Assembly (NCBI RefSeq): GCF_001457595.1
Contig: NZ_LN831039.1
Coordinates: forward strand, 2,640,001 to 2,672,000
Source: Mycolicibacterium smegmatis
GTDB lineage: Bacteria > Actinomycetota > Actinomycetes > Mycobacteriales > Mycobacteriaceae
Reading direction: 5' to 3'
Length of the DNA stretch: 32,000 nt
Positions 26,336 through 32,000 of this stretch are shown in pieces. The first letter of the stretch is position 1. Each line of letters begins with the position of its first letter. The notes under the pieces are model-generated. The model was given only the letters and a program-made list of their open reading frames with translations. It was not told where the DNA came from and made no database searches. The position numbers were made by a program, and so were the translations under genes.

Positions 26336-26432
26336 GCCGAGTCGGGTAGCGGACTACTCGTGTTCGCTGAAGGTTGCCGCGGCAACGATGAGATGCGATA
26401 CGCACCATCAGTGGCGATCTGAAGGAGATCTG

Positions 26433-27269
26433 ATGCCGCATGTGCCGCCGCCCTTGGCACCGCTCACCCCTGCGACGAGTCTGGACGACGTCGTCACCGC
26501 AATCGACTCGGTCATCGACTGGTCGATCGAAAACGAAAGCCGCCTGGGTTATTTCGCGGCACTGTACAAACGCATCACGGTCGCTGTGCGTACCGCCGTC
26601 GCTCACGGGGTGTTCGACGACGGCCCGCGGATGGAGCGCCTCGATGTGGCGTTCGCCAACCGCTACTTCGACGCGCTCAACGGCCGATTTCATCCGGACA
26701 GGTTTCCGCGGCCGACGCGGTCGTGGCAGGTGACGTTCGACGCGGCAAGCCGCGAGGACCCGATCATCCTGCAGCACATGTTCGCCGGGGTGAGCGCCCA
26801 CATCTGCCTGGACCTGGGGATCGCCGCGCACGCCGTGGCGCCTCCCAGACGCCTGCCGGAGTTGATGGCCGACTTCAATCGCATCAATGCGGTCCTCGCC
26901 AGTCAGATGGACGGCCTCGTCGCCGACCTCAACGAACTGTCGCCGGCGCTGGCCGATGTCTACGCCGTATTCATGGATCACCAGATCGTGTTGATCAACG
27001 AGGCGGTGCGGACCTTCAGGGATGACGCTTGGCGCTTTGCCACCTTTCTCGCCGCGCAGCCGGCGTTCACCCGTCCGGTCAGCATCCGGCTTCGCGATCA
27101 GCGGACCGCCCGGCAGGGCCGGCTGATCTTCGAGCCGCCCGGTGTGCTCGGGCTCATCGATTGGGCCCTGGAAACCATCGCGGCGCAAGAGAGCTGGGAC
27201 GTGGCGAAGAACATCCGCGTGCTCGACGAGATCGTCGGCATCCCTGCGCCGATCGCGACGACGTTGTGA
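26433..27269 (+). CDS. DUF5995 family protein
   Basis: MPHVPPPLAPLTPATSLDDVVTAIDSVIDWSIENESRLGYFAALYKRITVAV...; HICLDLGIAAHAVAP; start ATG 26433 after a GGAG-type RBS. The ORF opens at 26388. Confidence 0.65.
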   Translation: MPHVPPPLAPLTPATSLDDVVTAIDSVIDWSIENESRLGYFAALYKRITVAVRTAVAHGVFDDGPRMERLDVAFANRYFDALNGRFHPDRFPRPTRSWQVTFDAASREDPIILQHMFAGVSAHICLDLGIAAHAVAPPRRLPELMADFNRINAVLASQMDGLVADLNELSPALADVYAVFMDHQIVLINEAVRTFRDDAWRFATFLAAQPAFTRPVSIRLRDQRTARQGRLIFEPPGVLGLIDWALETIAAQESWDVAKNIRVLDEIVGIPAPIATTL

Positions 27270-27358
27270 TGTCGTGACTCGCTCCGGGCGGTCGCGTGCC
27301 GGGACGCCACATGTCAGGGAGGCCTGCGGTGTCCCCGGCTGCCGAGCGGGCGGCGCCG

Positions 27359-27381
27359 ATCAGGCTGACTGACAGTCTGAT
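27359..27381. terminator. Possible hairpin between convergent genes (ATCAGGCTG-ACTGA-CAGTCTGAT)
   Basis: 9-bp stem with one G-U wobble and a 5-nt loop, overlapping the stop codon of the HNH gene; no U-tract. Confidence 0.3.
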
Positions 27382-29060
27382 TCGCCGTCGTCGCTGTCGT
27401 GGCCGCCTCTGTTCTCGCCGCTGTCTCTGTCTCCGTTCTTTCTGCTGTGGTCTCGGTTGTGACCCGTAGCTCCGCTGTTGCGGGCGTCGCCGCGCTCGGT
27501 GTCGGGGTGGTGGTTGGTGTTGGGTTGTTGGTGGTCTTGGTCGAGCAGTTCGGGTGGGATTGCCGGCTTTTCGCTGAGGTCGTTGCCACGGGCTATTGCG
27601 GTGTCTGGCTCGGTGTCTGCGGCCTGCTTCGCATGGGTCTCGCTGCCGGTCGTCTTGCTTGTCTGGCTCCTGCTGTCTGCGGTGTCGTCGGTGAACCCGC
27701 TTTTGATGTCTGCGAGGAGGGTTTCGGGGTGGTGGTAGGTGTTGGTGCGGTGTTGGCCGCGGTCGAGTAGTTGCGGTGGGATCCATTCGCATTGGCCGTG
27801 GTTGTTGATGCGGGTGGTCCATTTGTTGGGGGCCTCGCCGACGAGGCGGTTGTCACAGCCGCAGGCCAGGGCCAGAGCGTCGGCGTCGGTGAGTCCGCCT
27901 TTGGAGTAGTCGGTGGTGGCGTGGTGGGCTTGGCAGCGGTAGCCGTTGGCGGTGCATCCGGGGCGGGTGCAGCCGCGGTCGCGTGCCCAGATGGCCAGGC
28001 GCTGTCCGGCGGAGGCGGTGCGCCGGGCCCGCCCGAGGTAGAGCGGAACCCCGGTGTGTTCGTCGTAGACGGCGAGGTAGTGGTGGGCTTGGGTGGCCAG
28101 GCGGATCAGGTCGGGGATGGACAGTTTGGTGCCGCCGGCGGTGATCGCCACTCCGGCGGCTTTTTCGAGTTCTTGCAGGGTGGTGGTGATCAGCAGGGTG
28201 GCGGGTAGGCCGTTGATCTGGCCGAGGTCTTTGTGGGCGAGCAGCAGCCGCATGGCGGTGAGCATGGCGTCGTGGCGACGCTCGGACGCGCCGCGCTCGT
28301 CGTGGTCGATCTGCTGTTGTGAAGGCGTGCCGGAGACACACGGGGCCTCGTCGGCGGGGTTGCACATGCCGGGTGCGGCCAGTTTTTCGTCGATGGGGTC
28401 GAAGGTGGCTTTGAATTCGGCGCTGACCTTGCCGCGCAGGTGATAGGAACCGTCGGGTTGTTGGGGGCCGAAGGTGATGCCGAACGGTTTGGTGGGTGGG
28501 TTGTCGGTGGGGGCGGGCCCGTCTTGGTCGAGCAGGAACACGGCGTGGTCGACGGCTTGGCGCACGGTTTCGGGGTCGGCCCCGATGGCGCCGGTGACCA
28601 GTTTTTCTTCCAGCCGGCACTGTTCGGCGTAGGTGACCCAGTCGGGGCATTTGGTGAAGAATTTGAACAGCTCGGTGACGTGGTCGGGGGTCAGGGCGCC
28701 GTCGGCTTGGGCGGCGGCGATGTGTTCACGTTTGGGTGCCAAGGCTTCGCCGGTCATCGACACCCGGGGGCCCAACTCCGCGGCGTCGGCGCAGCGGCGG
28801 CGGGCTTCCTTGACCGAGATGCCCAGGCGGGTCGCCAGCACCAGCGGCCAGGATTTGGCGCCGATCGCCGCGGGGGTGGTCTGCGCACCCAGGGCGGCGA
28901 TGGCGCGGTGTTCGACGGCGGGGATGCGGTTGCGGGCGTCTTGTAGGCCGGCGCAGATGGTCAACAGTTCGGCGTCGGTGAGCGCACTGTGGGGGAGTGT
29001 GAGCAGGGTGTTGAGCGCAGCGTCCAGGGCTGCGACTGCGTCCTGCACTCCATCATCCAT
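27360..29060 (-). CDS. DUF222 / 13E12-repeat family HNH endonuclease-like protein
   Basis: DAVAALDAALNTLLTLPHSALTDAELLTICAGLQDARNRIPAVEHRAIAAL (DUF222) and C-terminal HNH: WARDRGCTRPGCTANGYRCQAHHATTDYSKGGLTDADALALACGCDNRLV. Start most likely ATG 29060; the ORF extends to 29090. Confidence 0.88.
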   Translation of the reverse strand: MDDGVQDAVAALDAALNTLLTLPHSALTDAELLTICAGLQDARNRIPAVEHRAIAALGAQTTPAAIGAKSWPLVLATRLGISVKEARRRCADAAELGPRVSMTGEALAPKREHIAAAQADGALTPDHVTELFKFFTKCPDWVTYAEQCRLEEKLVTGAIGADPETVRQAVDHAVFLLDQDGPAPTDNPPTKPFGITFGPQQPDGSYHLRGKVSAEFKATFDPIDEKLAAPGMCNPADEAPCVSGTPSQQQIDHDERGASERRHDAMLTAMRLLLAHKDLGQINGLPATLLITTTLQELEKAAGVAITAGGTKLSIPDLIRLATQAHHYLAVYDEHTGVPLYLGRARRTASAGQRLAIWARDRGCTRPGCTANGYRCQAHHATTDYSKGGLTDADALALACGCDNRLVGEAPNKWTTRINNHGQCEWIPPQLLDRGQHRTNTYHHPETLLADIKSGFTDDTADSRSQTSKTTGSETHAKQAADTEPDTAIARGNDLSEKPAIPPELLDQDHQQPNTNHHPDTERGDARNSGATGHNRDHSRKNGDRDSGENRGGHDSDDGESDCQSA

Positions 29061-29083
29061 GTATCGAACACTAGTTCGATACA
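29060..29083. promoter_or_regulatory. LexA/SOS box within a 24-bp palindrome (TGTATCGAAC-ACTA-GTTCGATACA)
   Basis: Perfect 10-nt arms around 4 nt; contains TCGAAC-N4-GTTCGA (29064-29079), the mycobacterial LexA consensus, abutting the HNH gene's ATG. Confidence 0.8.
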
Positions 29084-29333
29084 CCGACAAGAAACCTCAG
29101 TTTGTGACGGGTGTGATCAATGAGCCCATATTGGTCAAAGGTGTTGTTGTACAGCAAGTTACAGGAGAACACTCACCGGTCGGCGAGCGTGCGCCGAGTG
29201 CTGACACAACCCGGCGTGTCCACCGACAAACACGCACCCTCGCGGAGCAAGGTGAGGCGCGAAAGTGGTCACGCTGAGATTGCGGCGCGGCGCGTCGGAT
29301 GGACACGACCGGACGATCTGACACGGTGGGGGC

Positions 29334-30236
29334 ATGGAATCCGTGCTCGACCAGTTCGATGCCTACCTTGGCCTCGAACGCGGCCATTCCGACCACACTC
29401 GCAGGGCGTACCGGGGAGACCTGACGGCGCTGTTCGACTTCGTCGAGCAGCGCACGGGTGAGCGGAGCCTCGCGCGGGTGAGCCTACCGCTGCTGCGGTC
29501 GTGGTTGGCCGAACAGTCGGCGTCGGGTGCCGCGCGGACAACCCTTGCCAGGCGGACGTCGTCGGTGAAGACGTTCTGTGCGTGGGCGTTGCGGCGTGGC
29601 CTGATCGGCGTGGACCCGGCAGCGCGGCTGCAGGTGCCCAAGGCGCGGCGCACGCTGCCCGCCGTGCTGCGGCGCGACCAGGCGCTCGACGCGCTCGACG
29701 CGGTGAATTCAGGTGCGCAAGAAGGGGATCCGATCGCGCTGCGGGACCGGCTGATCGTCGAACTGCTCTACGCGACGGGGATCCGCGTGAGCGAGTTGTG
29801 CGGGCTCGACATCGACGACATCGACACCTCGCGGCGCGTGGTGCGGGTGCTGGGCAAGGGCAACAAGCAACGCACCGTCCCGTTCGGCGAGCCGGCCCAC
29901 GCGGCGCTGACGGCCTGGCTGACCGAAGGCAGGCCACAACTGTCGATCCCCGAATCGGGCCCGGCCCTGCTGCTCGGGGCCAGGGGGCGTCGCCTAGATC
30001 CGCGCCAGGCCCGCACCGTGGTGCACCAGACGGTCTCGGCCGTCAACGGCGCCCCCGACATCGGTCCGCACGGGCTGCGCCACAGCGCCGCCACGCATCT
30101 GCTCGAAGGCGGCGCCGACCTGCGCATCGTGCAGGAACTGCTCGGCCACACGTCGCTGGCCACCACCCAGCTCTACACCCACGTCACCGTCGAACGGCTC
30201 CGCGCCGTTCATGACCAGGCCCACCCACGCGCATGA
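29334..30236 (+). CDS. xerC: Tyrosine recombinase XerC
   Basis: 300 aa; catalytic residues in [62 protein letters not shown]. Confidence 0.92.
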
Positions 30237-31114
30237 TCCGTTCAGAAGTCGACCTGTCCGGCGGGCGGGTCTCCTACCTCACGTGGTCTCCCGAACGCCC
30301 GAGCGGCACCGTCGTCCTGTTGCACGGAGGCGGGGTCGACAACGCCGAATTGTCGTGGGGCGGAATCGCACCCGGGCTCGCCGCGGCGGGCTACCGTGTC
30401 GTCTGCCCCGACCATCCGGGTTACGGACACAGTCCACTGCCGGCCTTGCCGGTGACACAGGAGCGTCTGGTCGCCTACGTCGGCGATTTCGTCGACGCGG
30501 TCGTCGACGGTCGGTATGCCATCGGTGGGCTCTCGCTCGGCGGCGGCATGACGATCGGGCATGTGCTCGACCGCCCGGACCGGGTGACCGGAGCCATGCT
30601 GCTGGGCAGCTACGGCATCATGGCGAGACTGTCGGACGGACCGTTCTCGGCGATCAGGCAGGCGTTGACGTGGGCCATGGTCCGTACCGGGGTGATGGGC
30701 TCGGTGATGCGCTGGACCGCGCGAAACCGGACCGCGATGAACCAGAGCGTCGCGGCCATCATCCGAAACCGCGTCTACCGCACCGACGATCTGCTGCAGG
30801 CCGTGTACGCCGCCGCGGCGCAACCGGGTGGTTTCATCGCGTTCGAGCAGTGGCAGCGCGACCAGGTGCGGTGGAACCGGCAGCGCACCGACTACACCGA
30901 CCGCTTACGGACGTTTCCGCGTCCCGCGCTGATCGTGCACGGCGGCCGCGATACAGGTGTACCCGTCGCCCATGCGCGCGCCGCCGCGCGGTTGATACCG
31001 GACGCCACGCTGAAAGTCGTTGCCGAGGCGGGCCATTGGGTGCAGCGGGACGCACCCGATGTGGTGCTCGACGCGATGACGACATTCCTGGCCCGGATCA
31101 GCGCAACAGCTTGA
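30233..31114 (+). CDS. Alpha/beta-fold hydrolase
   Basis: [88 protein letters not shown]; overlaps the xerC stop. Confidence 0.9.
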
Positions 31115-32000
31115 TCACCTCGGCGAGGTGCGGCATGGCCGATTCACGGCCCGCCCACGCGTCGATGACCGTCCAGTAGCTCACCCCGTACAGGCGTTGG
31201 CGCTCCGCGAGCGCCTCGGCCATCTGCTCGTAGGTCCCGATCAGGACGAAGGGCGATTCGAGCAGGACCGACGGCTCGGTGCCGAGGGTGCCTGCGAGTT
31301 CGGCCGCGGCCGCGGCCGGGTCCTCGGTGTGGGCGACGAATTGGATGAGCGCGTTGAGTTCGATCTGCTCGAAGCGCGCACCTGCCGCGTCGCGGACCAC
31401 GCCGATGCGGTCCAGCAGTCCTGCCGGGCCGAAGTGGGTCAGGCGGATCTCGGTGGCATCGTGGTTGTGGCTGAACCCGGCGAGGCCCGCGATATCGGCG
31501 ACGCGGCCCGCCAACTGCAGTACACGCGTGCCGTTTCCGCCGATGAGCAGCGGCACGGGAACCCCGGGTGGCGCCACGAGCTCACCTGCGGCACCGCGCA
31601 CACAGTAGTGCGAGCCGTCGACATCAACCGCCTCGCCTGCCAGCAGCGGCGCGATCACCGAGACGGCTTCGACAAGCCGGTCGACCCGCACGCCCCCGCG
31701 GTCGAATTTCACACCGACGGCGTCGTACTCGGATTTCATGTGTCCGGCGCCCAGACCGAGCTCGAAGCGCCCGCCCGACATGGCTGCCAGGGTGCCGGAT
31801 TCACGCGCTACGTCGACCGGATGACGGAGATCGTTGTTGAGCACCAACGTTCCGGTGTGCAAGTGGGACGTGACCGCACCCGCCGCTGCGCAAACGGCGA
31901 ACGGCGACAGAATCGGCGCGACGTGATCGGGCACCGTCAGCACGTCGAACCCGGAATCCTCGACGCCGCGGGCAAACTCGGCGAAGTCGGTGCCACGGGG
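31098..32000 (-). CDS. LLM-class (F420-dependent type) oxidoreductase, 5' truncated by window edge
   Basis: Reading frame stays open past the 31943 internal GTG to the window end (...PRGTDFAEFARGVEDSGFDVLTVPDHVAPILSPF); LAAMSGGRFELGLGAGHMKSEYDAVGVKFDRGGVRVDRLVEAV. Confidence 0.88.
   Translation of the reverse strand, partial: PRGTDFAEFARGVEDSGFDVLTVPDHVAPILSPFAVCAAAGAVTSHLHTGTLVLNNDLRHPVDVARESGTLAAMSGGRFELGLGAGHMKSEYDAVGVKFDRGGVRVDRLVEAVSVIAPLLAGEAVDVDGSHYCVRGAAGELVAPPGVPVPLLIGGNGTRVLQLAGRVADIAGLAGFSHNHDATEIRLTHFGPAGLLDRIGVVRDAAGARFEQIELNALIQFVAHTEDPAAAAAELAGTLGTEPSVLLESPFVLIGTYEQMAEALAERQRLYGVSYWTVIDAWAGRESAMPHLAEVIKLLR

Noticed and set aside
27359-27381. Strong rho-independent terminator for the DUF5995 and HNH genes
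   Set aside because: The stem is only moderate, has a wobble pair and no U-tract; kept as a low-confidence feature only.
27399-27770. Plus-strand 123-aa Val/Ala-rich ORF that resembles a membrane protein
   Set aside because: Antisense translation of the low-complexity tail of the HNH gene; no RBS or family support.
29334-30236. Tyrosine recombinase as integrase of a mobile island
   Set aside because: Sequence and neighbourhood fit housekeeping XerC; no att-like repeats, tRNA or excisionase seen.
1-32000. CRISPR arrays, toxin-antitoxin or phage-defence systems
   Set aside because: No regularly spaced repeats and no cas, TA or restriction gene signatures; the only tandem repeats are the short ones listed.

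Overview
High-GC actinobacterial chromosomal DNA, very likely Mycobacterium/Mycolicibacterium. It has two parts. (A) About 1-20.8 kb is a dense accessory catabolic island. Module 1 (1-13.8 kb) encodes a succinate-semialdehyde-dehydrogenase-like ALDH, a GntR/FCD regulator, two EutA/maleate-isomerase-like Asp/Glu-racemase-superfamily proteins, a fused FAD/Fe-S D-2-hydroxyacid oxidoreductase, an M20 amidohydrolase, a PLP aminotransferase, an ectoine-hydrolase (DoeA/EutD)-like M24 protein, a D-2-hydroxyacid dehydrogenase, an amidase-signature enzyme, a DUF3830 protein and an SGNH hydrolase. Module 2 (13.8-20.8 kb) reads as one minus-strand operon: IclR regulator, PEP-mutase/isocitrate-lyase-family lyase, LeuC-like and LeuD-like hydratase subunits, and a TauABC/SsuABC-type importer. 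(B) About 21.2-32 kb resembles the conserved mycobacterial yraN-comM-dprA-viuB-...-xerC-LLM oxidoreductase backbone, with extra genes: lactate-monooxygenase-like, DUF5995 and a DUF222/13E12 HNH protein. Main leads: (1) an ectoine-like but non-canonical catabolic module with two EutA paralogues that differ in their second catalytic Cys; (2) a shared ATTGT(C/T)GACAAT palindrome at both divergent promoters of module 1, consistent with a GntR regulon; (3) a putative (alkyl)maleate/malate hydratase-lyase-transport operon with a 35-bp palindrome directly upstream of its IclR gene; (4) a perfect mycobacterial LexA box (TCGAAC-N4-GTTCGA) abutting the DUF222/HNH start codon. No CRISPR array, rRNA, tRNA or transposase was recognised.
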